Shown piece after piece: positions 1 to 9,212 of a stretch of 64,000 nucleotides of DNA. The notes under the pieces were generated by a model. The model saw nothing but the letters and a program-made list of their open reading frames with translations. It searched no databases and had not been told where the DNA came from. The stretch lies in contig JAKFCC010000121.1 in the NCBI GenBank assembly GCA_036676795.1, forward strand, positions 28,813 through 92,812. The letters are read 5' to 3'. Both the position numbers and the translations under genes were made by a program. This DNA comes from Gemmatimonadota bacterium. GTDB lineage: Bacteria > Gemmatimonadota > Gemmatimonadetes > Gemmatimonadales > Gemmatimonadaceae. The stretch's first letter is position 1, and the number at the start of each line of letters is the position of its first letter.

Positions 1-1
1 G

Positions 2-934
2 CACTCGTTCGACTGCGGACGCTGGGAAATCGGATGCGGATCGTGCCCTGACCTTTCAATTCCGCCAGCGATAGCACGGGATGGCACCGCCGGTAACTGG
101 GAGCGCAAACGCGAGATTTATGCGAGGAGTCGGCTGTACCTGGTGTCGCCGTCAGCGTGGCTCCTTCGAAAAGCAGAGCGTTCCATCCTGTCGCAGGCAG
201 CGGTGGACAAAGTGGTGATTCCCAACGGCGTTGACACCAGTGTTTTCAGGCCAGGCAGTCGCATCGCCGCGCGGCAGCGGCTTGGCCTTCCACAGGATGC
301 CGCGATCGTGCTATTCGCTGCCAACGGGATCCGCGAAAACCGGTGGAAGGACTATTACACGCTTCGCGCCGCAGTGGAGATACTTGGCCGGCGAACAGAC
401 TCGCCAAAGGTGCTGTTCGTGGGGCTCGGGGAGAGTGGCGATGAGGAATCGGTGGGGACGGCAACAATAAGGTTCGAGCCATTTCGCGGCGACAGAACGG
501 AGGTTGCCGACTTCTACAGGGCGGCCGACATCTATATGCATGCTGCGAGAGCAGACACCTTTCCCAATACTATAATAGAGGCTCTCGCATGCGGAACGCC
601 TGTCGCCGCAACGGGAGTCGGCGGGATTCCAGAACAGATCCACTCGCTTGCCGACGCTCGTTTCAGCGCCGCGAATCAGTCGGGTATTTCGACCGCAACA
701 GGCATCGTCACCGAACCGGGGGATGGACAGGCACTCGCCGCAGCCGCAGAGATCCTGCTGGACGATGATGCCATGCGCCTGCAACTTGGACAGAATGCTG
801 CCCATGATGCGGCCGCTCGTTTCTCTCTTACGAAGCAGGTGGACGATTACATGGCATTATACGACCGTATGCTGGCTGGCGAGCGATCGCCGGCAGCAAG
901 GCCCGTCAAACCAGGTTTCGAGGACATAGCGTGA
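2..934 (+). CDS. Glycosyltransferase family 4 (GT-B), 5'-truncated by the window edge
   Basis: The frame is open from nt 2. HSFDCGRWEIGCGSCPDL... lies upstream of the GTG at 143 used by the ORF track and aligns by eye with residues ~150-200 of the complete GT4 at 16192-17433. C-terminal GT4 signature FPNTIIEALACGTPVAATGVGGIPEQI. Confidence 0.8.
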   Translation, partial: HSFDCGRWEIGCGSCPDLSIPPAIARDGTAGNWERKREIYARSRLYLVSPSAWLLRKAERSILSQAAVDKVVIPNGVDTSVFRPGSRIAARQRLGLPQDAAIVLFAANGIRENRWKDYYTLRAAVEILGRRTDSPKVLFVGLGESGDEESVGTATIRFEPFRGDRTEVADFYRAADIYMHAARADTFPNTIIEALACGTPVAATGVGGIPEQIHSLADARFSAANQSGISTATGIVTEPGDGQALAAAAEILLDDDAMRLQLGQNAAHDAAARFSLTKQVDDYMALYDRMLAGERSPAARPVKPGFEDIA

Positions 935-1839
935 CTGCAGAAGTTTCCGTGGTGCTGGGGAGTTACCAGCGCCTGTTCTTTCTCAAGCGCACCATCGCGA
1001 GCGTGCGTCAGGAGCTGCAGTCGGTACCTCACGAGATCATAGTCGTGGATGGCGGGTCAACCGATGGGTCCATCGAATGGCTCGCCGGTCAGAGAGATGT
1101 GCTCACGATTGTGCAGCACAATCGGGGAATGTGGAACGGGAAGCCAGTCGAGCGGCGCTCGTGGGGTTATTTCATGAATCTGGGTTTTCGCTCTGCTGCC
1201 GCGGAATACATCTGCATGATCAGCGACGACTGCCTCGTGGTGCCCGGCGCAATTCGAAATGGACTTGCACGGTTCCGGCAGCGGACCGCCGAAGGAGTGA
1301 GGCTGGGCGGCCTCGCTTTCTACTGGCGCAACTGGCCCGAGCAGACTCTGTACAATGTCGGCCTGACTCTTGGGAAAAAGGTCTTCATCAATCACGGCCT
1401 TTATCTCAAGTCGGCACTCGAGGAAGTTGGATACGCAGATGAGAAGACGTTTCGCTTCTATCATGGTGATTCTGATCTTGCGCTGAAGCTCTGGCATGCG
1501 GGGTATGTCTGCGAAGCGTCGCCAGAATCCTTCATCGAGCACTACTCGCACGCGAACACGACAGTAAGGGCGACCAATTTCGAGGGAGAGCGCGCCGACT
1601 GGGAGGCTTTTACGCGCAAGTGGTCGGGAATTTTCTATGACCCTTCGAGTCCGGAAACGGGATCGTGGCAGGAGATTGCGTTCGACGATCCGCACAGAAC
1701 CGCGCGTGGCTTTGCGTCGATGCAGCGCAGGCGGGTAGGTCACAATGCGAAAGCGCTGATCAAGCGGGTGATCGGCAGGGCAGGGTTGCTCGATCAGGCA
1801 ACACGTCTGGTTCGCAGGCTTCGCGGCACCGAACTCTGA
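931..1839 (+). CDS. Glycosyltransferase family 2 (GT-A)
   Basis: GTGA overlap with the upstream stop. N-terminal GT2 pattern VSVVLGSYQR...EIIVVDGGSTDGSIEWL. Confidence 0.7.
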   Translation: MTAEVSVVLGSYQRLFFLKRTIASVRQELQSVPHEIIVVDGGSTDGSIEWLAGQRDVLTIVQHNRGMWNGKPVERRSWGYFMNLGFRSAAAEYICMISDDCLVVPGAIRNGLARFRQRTAEGVRLGGLAFYWRNWPEQTLYNVGLTLGKKVFINHGLYLKSALEEVGYADEKTFRFYHGDSDLALKLWHAGYVCEASPESFIEHYSHANTTVRATNFEGERADWEAFTRKWSGIFYDPSSPETGSWQEIAFDDPHRTARGFASMQRRRVGHNAKALIKRVIGRAGLLDQATRLVRRLRGTEL

Positions 1840-1840
1840 C

Positions 1841-2824
1841 ATGAGTGTTTCCCGCTACTACCTGATCGGTCCCACTCCTCCGCCGCTCGGCGGTGTCAGC
1901 GTTCATATCGGAAGGCTGAGCCGCAAACTCCAGAGCGAAGGCAAGACGGTCGTGAATGTGGACGTCGCCGGATCGCGCGGTATTCGAAAAGCATGGGCTC
2001 TGGCTCGCATGATGCTGGATCCGCGGTTTGCGGAATTTCAGATTCACGCGTTCGACTTCAGCGCCATGGCTGCGCTCGTGCTCCGCCCGTTCCGCAAGCG
2101 CCTCACCTACATGGATCATGGAACGCCGCTTTACAAGAGGAAGCTGGAGGGGATACGCAAAGCCCTTTTTGCCAGAATCCTGAAGCGTGCGGATGAAGTG
2201 GTTTTTGTGAGTGAGGCAGCGCGCGACTACTACGTGCGTGCCGAATTCGAGCTCACGCCGTCGGTCACGATTCGCAGTGCATTCCTTCCACCGCCTGTCG
2301 AGGATGAAGCGAGGGTGCTGGCTGAGTATCCCGCTGAAACCATGGAATTCATTCGGACCCGGTCACCCCTTCTGGTTGCGAACGCTTCTCAACTGCTTTT
2401 CTACAATGACATCGATCTGTACGGCCTCGATCTCTGTGTCGAGTTGATCGGCCGACTCCAGAGCAGGTACCCACGTGTGGGGATGCTGTTTGCAGTGGGC
2501 AACGCCGACATGAACAGGGAATATCTGGAAAAGACCCGAAAGCAGCTGAGAGAGAAGTCCCTCAGCGACAACTTCGAGTTCCTCACCGGGCAGCGTGAAG
2601 TGTGGCCTGCTTTTCGTCGGGCCGACCTGATGGTCCGCCCGACGAGCAATGATGGATACGCCATCAGCCTGGAAGAGGCGATCTTTTGCGGGTGCGCAAC
2701 ACTTGCCAGCGATGCAGCAGTTCGTCCTCCAGAAACTGTGACGTTTACCAACCGGGATATTGACGACTTCGAGCGGAAGGCGCTCGAAATTCTCTCGGGA
2801 ATGCCGTTAAAGGCGAATGCCTGA
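1841..2824 (+). CDS. Glycosyltransferase, GT-B / GT4-like
   Basis: N-terminal LIGPTPPPLGGVSVHIGRL. C-terminal donor-binding region VRPTSNDGYAISLEEAIFCGCATLASD. Starts 1 nt after the upstream stop. Confidence 0.6.
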   Translation: MSVSRYYLIGPTPPPLGGVSVHIGRLSRKLQSEGKTVVNVDVAGSRGIRKAWALARMMLDPRFAEFQIHAFDFSAMAALVLRPFRKRLTYMDHGTPLYKRKLEGIRKALFARILKRADEVVFVSEAARDYYVRAEFELTPSVTIRSAFLPPPVEDEARVLAEYPAETMEFIRTRSPLLVANASQLLFYNDIDLYGLDLCVELIGRLQSRYPRVGMLFAVGNADMNREYLEKTRKQLREKSLSDNFEFLTGQREVWPAFRRADLMVRPTSNDGYAISLEEAIFCGCATLASDAAVRPPETVTFTNRDIDDFERKALEILSGMPLKANA

Positions 2825-3713
2825 TTCAACTGTTGTTTGCAGTGGTCTCATGGGCGGTCTCGGCAACCAGATGTTCCAGTACGCGTTTGCGCGAAGCATT
2901 GCGCTGCGAACCGGTGCCGAGGTTGTGCTGGATACATCAGTGCTCGAGAGAACCTATGCCGGCGTGACGCGCCGTGTCTTTGCGCTTTCCGGATTCTCCA
3001 TTGTCGCACGAGTGGCTGACAGCGATGAGGCGGCGCACATGCGGCTCGAGAGGGGGCCGCTCGAGCGACTCCGAAAGGGCGCGGACAGGATTCTTCCCCT
3101 TCGATATCGCCGCGTAGTCGAGGACCGCTTTGGCGGATTCAATGCGGCAGCGCTGAGATTGCGGCCTCCCGTTTACCTGAGCGGATATTGGCAGTCGGAA
3201 AAGTATTTCATTGATCACGCGCTCGATATTCGACGCGAGTTTTCGCTGAGGCAGCCGCTCTCGGCGCGTGGCCAGGAATACCTTGCCCAAATTCGCGAGC
3301 AGCCGTCTGTGTCGGTTCACGTCCGCCGCGGGGACTATATGGCAAATCCCGCGAACCTCGCTTATCACGGCGTGCAGGAGGCCAGCTATTATCGCAGTGC
3401 GATCCAGCTGCTCGTCGCCGGGCACGGACCTCTGCGTGCATTTGTTTTTTCGGACGACAGGGACTGGGCCCGCGAGCACCTGCAGTTCGATGCTCGAACG
3501 ACGGTGGTGGAACTGACCGGGGATTCCGCCGACCACGAGGAGATACACCTGATGGCCAGCTGCGACCACCACGTTATCAGCAACAGCAGTTTTGGCTGGT
3601 GGGGTGCATGGCTCGGCGCGAATGAGCACCGGCAGGTGGTGGCTCCGCAAAGATGGTTTGCGGCCCCGAACGTCAGGTCGGGTATCGTGCCAGAAAGATG
3701 GACGAGGATCTAG
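2817..3713 (+). CDS. Alpha-1,2-fucosyltransferase family (GT11)
   Basis: Three GT11 signature motifs: GGLGNQMFQYAF, HVRRGDY and SNSSFGWWGAWL. 8-nt overlap with the upstream gene. Confidence 0.85.
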   Translation: MPDSTVVCSGLMGGLGNQMFQYAFARSIALRTGAEVVLDTSVLERTYAGVTRRVFALSGFSIVARVADSDEAAHMRLERGPLERLRKGADRILPLRYRRVVEDRFGGFNAAALRLRPPVYLSGYWQSEKYFIDHALDIRREFSLRQPLSARGQEYLAQIREQPSVSVHVRRGDYMANPANLAYHGVQEASYYRSAIQLLVAGHGPLRAFVFSDDRDWAREHLQFDARTTVVELTGDSADHEEIHLMASCDHHVISNSSFGWWGAWLGANEHRQVVAPQRWFAAPNVRSGIVPERWTRI

Positions 3714-4678
3714 TGGGCGATCTCAAGGTTTCAGTCATAATCACGACCTTCAATGGCGCCACGCGCGGGTTTCTCCGCAACGCGATCGACAGCGTGCTGG
3801 CCCAGACCGAGCAGGCGTTCGAATTGATTCTCGTGGATGATGGCAGTACCGATGCGACCGGAGACCTGTGCAGGGAGTACCTGGGCGATGTTCGCATCCG
3901 GTATATCCGTCAGAAGAATCAGGGCGTGGCTGCTGCCCGGAATACCGGGATTTCAATGGCTACCCAGAAGCTGATCTGCTTTCTGGATGACGATGATGCC
4001 TGGAAGCCGGAAAAGCTCGCGCGCCAGATACAGGAGTTCGATCGCAATCCGCAGACGGGTCTGGTTTATACGGCGATTGAAATCGTGAATGAGCGGGGAA
4101 GCCCAGTGGGGTTGCAGCGCCATCCTGTGCCAGACAATGCCTACCTGGGGCTTTTCTACGAGAATTTTGTGGACGCAACTTCCTCGGTGATGGTACGGCG
4201 TGACGTGGTGGAAAAGGTGGGCGGTTTCCGAGCGGATCAATTCGGGCCGGACATGCAGGCATGCGAAGACCGGGAACTCTGGAGCAGGATTGCGCGCGAG
4301 CACCTGATAGTCGCGATTCCCGAGGCGCTGGTCGTGTATCGAATGGGTGGCCAGAAACTTTCCCGGAATCTCCGGCAAATGGAGCTGGGCGAGCTGAAAA
4401 TGCTTTCGCTGGCCCTGGCGGACGCTCCTCCTGACGTGCGACGTCAGGCCGGTGCCATACACGCGAACGCGATGCGCCGGGTAGCCATGGAGTATTTTGC
4501 CGTCGGTGAGTACAGGGATTTTCGGGAGAAGGTGCTGGTATTGATGCGGTCGGGACAGGCTGGTATCCCCCTGGTTGCGAGGTTTATCTTGTCACTGCTC
4601 CCCGGGGCGGTCTGGCTGGTTCGTGGCCTCACTTTACAGTTCGGAACTTCCGCAAAGGGTCTTCGGAAAGCCGACTGA
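3698..4678 (+). CDS. Glycosyltransferase family 2
   Basis: VSVIITTFNGA...ELILVDDGSTDATGDL...FLDDDDAW (DxD). The track ORF begins at 3653 inside the upstream gene. ATG 3698 or GTG 3713 are the plausible starts. Confidence 0.8.
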   Translation: MDEDLVGDLKVSVIITTFNGATRGFLRNAIDSVLAQTEQAFELILVDDGSTDATGDLCREYLGDVRIRYIRQKNQGVAAARNTGISMATQKLICFLDDDDAWKPEKLARQIQEFDRNPQTGLVYTAIEIVNERGSPVGLQRHPVPDNAYLGLFYENFVDATSSVMVRRDVVEKVGGFRADQFGPDMQACEDRELWSRIAREHLIVAIPEALVVYRMGGQKLSRNLRQMELGELKMLSLALADAPPDVRRQAGAIHANAMRRVAMEYFAVGEYRDFREKVLVLMRSGQAGIPLVARFILSLLPGAVWLVRGLTLQFGTSAKGLRKAD

Positions 4679-4693
4679 ACCTTATATTGGTGC

Positions 4694-5701
4694 ATGGCGA
4701 CACGCGCGGGCCCGGCGAAGGTTGAAGTCATTGCTGAAATCGGCTCCGTCCACGACGGAAGTTTCGGCAATGCCCTGAAGTTGATTGACGCCGCGGCAGA
4801 AGCCGGGGTGGATGTCGTAAAATTCCAGACCCACATCGCGTCAGCTGAGACGCTTCGAAGCGCGCCAGCCCCGGCCTATTTCGCGACGGAACCGCGGTAC
4901 GAGTACTTCGAGCGCACTGCATTCTCCAGGGATCAGTGGTCGGCAATCCAAAAGCACTGCGAGGAAACGGGAGTTGAATTTCTTTCCTCGGCTTTTTCGG
5001 TGGAGGCGGTGGATCTGCTCGAATCAATTGGCCTCAGGCGGTACAAGGTCCCATCCGGCGAAGTCACCAACATCCCGCTCCTGAAACGCATAGCGCGAAC
5101 AGGAAAGCCTGTATTGCTCTCCTCCGGAATGAGCAGCTGGGCAGAGCTCGACGCTGCAGTGGAAACTCTGAAAGGGTGCGACCTTGTCGTGATGCAGTGT
5201 TCCTCGGAGTATCCCTGCAAGAATGACCAGGTTGGCCTGAACGTGATGACTGAAATGAAGCAGCGGTACAATGTGCCAGTCGGCTTTTCCGATCACACTC
5301 TCACGAACTACGCGACGTTCGCAGCGGTAGCTCTCGGTGCGTCCGTGATTGAAAGGCATTTTACCTTCAGCCGCCTGATGTATGGGAGCGACGCGCGGCA
5401 CTCGCTGGAGCCGCGGGAGCTCGCCGACTGCGTTCGGGGTGTGCACGCAATTTCCGAGATGCTCGACTCTCCCGTAGAGAAGGGCAGCGCTGCGCGCTAC
5501 AGGACCATGAAGGAGACTTTCGAGAAGAGCCTCGTCGTTACCCGGGCAGTAAGAAAGGGCGAAATGATTTCACCTGACCTGATAACGGTGAAGCGGCCAG
5601 GAACCGGAATTCCGGCTAGTGAGATGCCGCATTACATCGGCAGGACTGCGGCGCGCGACCTGGACCCCGAACGCCTGCTTACCCGCGAGGATTTCGCGTG
5701 A
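4694..5701 (+). CDS. neuB: N-acetylneuraminate (nonulosonate) synthase, NeuB/LegI/PseI family
   Basis: N-terminal IAEIGSVHDGSFGNALKLIDAAAEAGVDVVKFQTH. C-terminal SAF-like domain RAVRKGEMISPDLITVKRPGTGI. Confidence 0.9.
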   Translation: MATRAGPAKVEVIAEIGSVHDGSFGNALKLIDAAAEAGVDVVKFQTHIASAETLRSAPAPAYFATEPRYEYFERTAFSRDQWSAIQKHCEETGVEFLSSAFSVEAVDLLESIGLRRYKVPSGEVTNIPLLKRIARTGKPVLLSSGMSSWAELDAAVETLKGCDLVVMQCSSEYPCKNDQVGLNVMTEMKQRYNVPVGFSDHTLTNYATFAAVALGASVIERHFTFSRLMYGSDARHSLEPRELADCVRGVHAISEMLDSPVEKGSAARYRTMKETFEKSLVVTRAVRKGEMISPDLITVKRPGTGIPASEMPHYIGRTAARDLDPERLLTREDFA

Positions 5702-6861
5702 GCGCAGGGGCGAAGCGAAAGGTCTGTGTTGTCATCGGTTCCCGGGCCAACTACAGCAGCATCAAGTCGGCTTTGCGCGCCATCCAGGATCATCCAGCGC
5801 TTGAACTTCAGGTGGTGGCCGGGGCATCTGCCCTGCTCGACAGGTATGGAGCGGTAGTCAACCTCATCGAGCGCGATGGATTTCCGATCACGGCGCGCGT
5901 GCACATGCTCATCGAGGGTGAGACGCCCACGACGATGGCGAAGTCCACCGGGCTTGGACTCCTGGAGCTGCCAACCATCTTCGAGCAGATAGCGCCTGAT
6001 TTCGTGCTCACAGTGGGCGACCGCTTCGAGACGATGGCGACGACGCTCGCGGCAGCCTACATGAATATCCCGGTCGCACACACCATGGGCGGCGAGGTCA
6101 GCGGCACGATCGACGAAAGCATTCGTCATGCCGTGACCAAGTTTGCCCACCTGCACTTTCCGGCGAGCGAGGGTGCACGCGAACGGATCATCAGGCTCGG
6201 CGAGCCAGAAAGTACGGTGCACTGTGTCGGCTGCCCCCGCGTCGATCTTGTCTCGGAGATACTGGCGGGAGGCGAATCGTTGTCGGACGCACTTTTTGCC
6301 GACGGCGTCGGCGAGAAGCTGGACATGACGAAGCCATTCGTGCTTGTTTCGCAGCATCCAGTCACGACTGAGTATGGTGAAGGCGAAGCGGATATCACCG
6401 AAACGCTCGAAGCGGTCAAGGCAGTCGGCATCCAGGCAATCGTCCTGTGGCCAAACGCCGACGCGGGCTCGGACGACATCGCGCGGGGAATCAGGAAGTG
6501 GCGCGAGCGCGGATTGGACAAGGGGTTTCACTTTTTCAAGAATCTTCCCGTCGATACCTACATCAGGTTGATGAAGATGACAGCGTGCCTTGTGGGGAAC
6601 TCGTCCAGCGGGATCCGGGAGGGTGCGTTCATAGGGACACCGACAGTCAACATCGGCTCGAGGCAGGCAGGACGTGAGCGCGGGATGAATGTCCTGGACG
6701 CGCCCCACCAGCGTGATGCAATCGCAGATGCAATCAGATCCCAGGCGGCTCACGGGCCATACTCACGAAACACTGTTTACGGTGATGGGAACGCGGGGCG
6801 GCGAATCGCGGAAATTCTCTCGACCGCGCAGGTGACGGTTCAGAAGCGCATCACCTACTAG
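5698..6861 (+). CDS. neuC: UDP-N-acetylglucosamine 2-epimerase (hydrolysing), NeuC/LegG family
   Basis: KVCVVIGSRANYSSIKS...GDRFETMATTLAAAYMNIPVAHTMGGEVSGTIDESIRHAVTKFAHLHF. GTGA overlap with neuB. Confidence 0.85.
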   Translation: MSAGAKRKVCVVIGSRANYSSIKSALRAIQDHPALELQVVAGASALLDRYGAVVNLIERDGFPITARVHMLIEGETPTTMAKSTGLGLLELPTIFEQIAPDFVLTVGDRFETMATTLAAAYMNIPVAHTMGGEVSGTIDESIRHAVTKFAHLHFPASEGARERIIRLGEPESTVHCVGCPRVDLVSEILAGGESLSDALFADGVGEKLDMTKPFVLVSQHPVTTEYGEGEADITETLEAVKAVGIQAIVLWPNADAGSDDIARGIRKWRERGLDKGFHFFKNLPVDTYIRLMKMTACLVGNSSSGIREGAFIGTPTVNIGSRQAGRERGMNVLDAPHQRDAIADAIRSQAAHGPYSRNTVYGDGNAGRRIAEILSTAQVTVQKRITY

Positions 6862-6864
6862 CCA

Positions 6865-7551
6865 GTGATAGTCGGCCTGATTCCAGCACGGGGAGGATCC
6901 AAGGGGATTCCGGGCAAGAATCTCGCACCCTGCGCGGGCAAGCCGCTGCTCTGGCACACGGTCACCGCGGCCAGAGGGTCGAAGCTCTCCCGTGTGATTG
7001 TGTCCACGGATGATCCGGACATTGCCGCTGCCGCCAGGGAGTTTGGCGCGGAGGTACCATTCGAACGCCCGCCCAGCCTTGCCCTGGATGACACTCCGAT
7101 GCTGGCTGTAATACAAAACGCACTGGAGTGGATGGAACACAATGGAGGAGCGCCGGAGGGAATTGCCCTCCTCCAACCGACATCGCCGCTCAGAACCAGC
7201 GCCCACATAGATGCGGCGATCAGATTGTTTCACACAGGAGCGCCGGACACAGTCGTATCTGTGGTACGGGTGCAGCATCGGTATTCGCCAGGCTCGCTGA
7301 TGGAACTCACCGACGGAATTCTGAAGCCGGCAAAGGGCAGGGGATCGGAAGCGACCCGGCGTCAGGACAAGCCGGTCTTGTTCGCGCGCAACGGCCCCGC
7401 AATCCTGATAACGAGACCTGACGTGATCAGGTCCGGGAAGCTGTATGGCGAGAAGACGGTTGGCTACGAGATGTCCGAGCTCGACTCGATCGACATTGAT
7501 ACGGTCGACGACCTGAAACACGCCGAGCTGCTGCTGCGGGCAAGACGCTGA
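6865..7551 (+). CDS. neuA: Acylneuraminate cytidylyltransferase (CMP-nonulosonate synthetase), short form
   Basis: IVGLIPARGGSKGIPGKNL...LQPTSPLR motifs. 228 aa, so there is no C-terminal esterase domain. Confidence 0.9.
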   Translation: MIVGLIPARGGSKGIPGKNLAPCAGKPLLWHTVTAARGSKLSRVIVSTDDPDIAAAAREFGAEVPFERPPSLALDDTPMLAVIQNALEWMEHNGGAPEGIALLQPTSPLRTSAHIDAAIRLFHTGAPDTVVSVVRVQHRYSPGSLMELTDGILKPAKGRGSEATRRQDKPVLFARNGPAILITRPDVIRSGKLYGEKTVGYEMSELDSIDIDTVDDLKHAELLLRARR

Positions 7552-7649
7552 ACTCGATTCTCCGAGGCCTGCGCGGCCTCCCCGGGGTTCCCGATCTTGC
7601 CAGGCTTGTCCTGCAACCCAAACGGGAGCTGCGGGTCTGGCGGGACTAT

Positions 7650-9212
7650 TTGCGCTTCTACAGACGCACGCGGATACTGCGGGACCGCCAACCAGCTACA
7701 CGCGCTGGCAGGGTGCTGGTGCTTTCGCTCACGAACAACATATACCAGCTCAAAATCGAGGCGATGCTGCTCGCCCCGCTGATGGATCGCGGCTGGGAGC
7801 CGGTGATTCTTACTACCTCACCCTCAAATGGAATTGCGCACCGGATTCTTCGCGCGGTGGGTGTTCGAAATTTCTGTTACCTGGACGAACTCCGGGTCAG
7901 CGAATCGCACCGGGCGGAATGCGAGCGGGAAGCGCGCCTGTATCTGTCGGGTCCACTCACGCTCCAGTCGGTCAAGGCATGGACATTTCGCAGTGCATGG
8001 ATTGGCCCGCAGATTCTTTCCTCGGTCGCGCGTGCGCACCACCTCGGGAGTCCGGATCCCGCTGATCCCGAAGTGAAGAAGCAGATTGAACAACTTCTGC
8101 CGGATGTGCTCGAGCGGGTTTTCCAGGCCGAAATGCTGCTGGCGCGCGAGCGGCCGACACTCGCAATTGCGAACGAATCCAACTCTGCTGTGTTCGGCCC
8201 CATTGCCGATGTCCTTATCGCTGCCGGCGTAAATGTCATCGGCATGTTCCAGCCCTGGCGGGATGACGCCCTGATCTTCAAGCGGCTCACGAAAGAGACG
8301 CGGCGGATTCACCCCGCCTCGGTGACTCCAAGATCGCTGGAGAAGCATCTGCCACTCGAGTGGGGAGAAAGGGAGGCCTCGACTCTCCAGCGCATTTTTG
8401 AGGAACGGTATGGGGGCCGCTGGATACTCCAGGCCAGAAATCAGCCCAACACGAAGGCGTTCGACCGGCAGGAACTCGTCGAACGCATGCAACTGGCACC
8501 TGACAAACCGATCGCGGTCGTATTCTCGCACGTTCTGTGGGATGCCAATCTGTTCTATGGCGACGATCTGTTCGAAGATTACGGCGAATGGTTTGTGGAG
8601 ACTGTCCGCGCTGCCTGCGCCAATCCCGCCCTGAACTGGATAGTCAAGCTTCACCCTGCGAACATCTGGAAGCGCGAGCGCGATTCGCAGACGGGCGAAC
8701 TGGCGGAACTCACGCTTTTACGGCAGCGGGTCGGAGAGCTGCCCGGACATGTGAAGCTCCTGCTGCCAGAGACCGACATTAGCACGCTTTCACTTTTCTC
8801 CGCGGCTGATTTTGGAATCACTGTACGGGGAACCGCCGGGATGGAACTGCCCTGCTTTGGCGTTCCGACATTCACCGCAGGTACGGGCCGCTACTCGGGA
8901 CTCGGGTTTACATTCGACTCGGGGACTCGAACCGAATATCTCGATCGCCTGCTTCGACTTCCCGCGGCGGCTGAAATGACGGATGAAATGGTTCACCGCG
9001 CGCGCTGGCATGCGCTGCTCGTGCTGGAGAAGCGGCACTGGCCCATGAAAACCTTTCAGCCGATTATCACAGGATCATTCACGGGACGGGATCCCCTGGA
9101 GCTGAATCTGGAGATGCGGGCGCGAACACGTGCGGAGGTAGAGCAGAACGGGGACCTTTCCGCGTTCGCGGACTGGGCGGAATCACATCACGTGGATTAC
9201 CTCGAAGCGTGA
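7650..9212 (+). CDS. Hypothetical GT-B-like protein with an H-P motif (Capsule_synth/KpsC-KpsS-like or sialyltransferase-like); candidate nonulosonate transferase
   Basis: TTG start. Rossmann-like N-terminus RVLVLSLTNNIYQ. C-terminal half PIAVVFSHVLWDANLFYGDD...NWIVKLHPAN...ADFGITVRGTAGMELPCFGVPTFTAG. Sits directly after neuBCA. Confidence 0.4.
   Translation: MRFYRRTRILRDRQPATRAGRVLVLSLTNNIYQLKIEAMLLAPLMDRGWEPVILTTSPSNGIAHRILRAVGVRNFCYLDELRVSESHRAECEREARLYLSGPLTLQSVKAWTFRSAWIGPQILSSVARAHHLGSPDPADPEVKKQIEQLLPDVLERVFQAEMLLARERPTLAIANESNSAVFGPIADVLIAAGVNVIGMFQPWRDDALIFKRLTKETRRIHPASVTPRSLEKHLPLEWGEREASTLQRIFEERYGGRWILQARNQPNTKAFDRQELVERMQLAPDKPIAVVFSHVLWDANLFYGDDLFEDYGEWFVETVRAACANPALNWIVKLHPANIWKRERDSQTGELAELTLLRQRVGELPGHVKLLLPETDISTLSLFSAADFGITVRGTAGMELPCFGVPTFTAGTGRYSGLGFTFDSGTRTEYLDRLLRLPAAAEMTDEMVHRARWHALLVLEKRHWPMKTFQPIITGSFTGRDPLELNLEMRARTRAEVEQNGDLSAFADWAESHHVDYLEA

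Noticed and set aside
143-145. GTG 143 as the true start of the first gene, which would make it a complete 263-aa protein
   Set aside because: The frame stays open to nt 2. The upstream residues (…FDCGRWEIGCGSCPDL…YARSRLYLVSPSAW) align with the interior of the paralogous GT4 at 16192-17433, so the gene is truncated by the window.
5632-6753. 373-aa ORF on the - strand, antisense to neuC
   Set aside because: It lies entirely within the strongly supported neuC frame. The sequence is Arg/Pro/Cys/His-rich and low in complexity, as is typical of shadow ORFs in GC-rich DNA, and it has no recognisable motif.
7564-7580. GC-rich hairpin GAGGCC-TGCGC-GGCCTC just after neuA, considered as a possible terminator
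   Set aside because: The stem is only 6 bp with no downstream T-tract, and the next gene is co-directional 70 bp away. It is not distinguishable from chance palindromes in GC-rich DNA.
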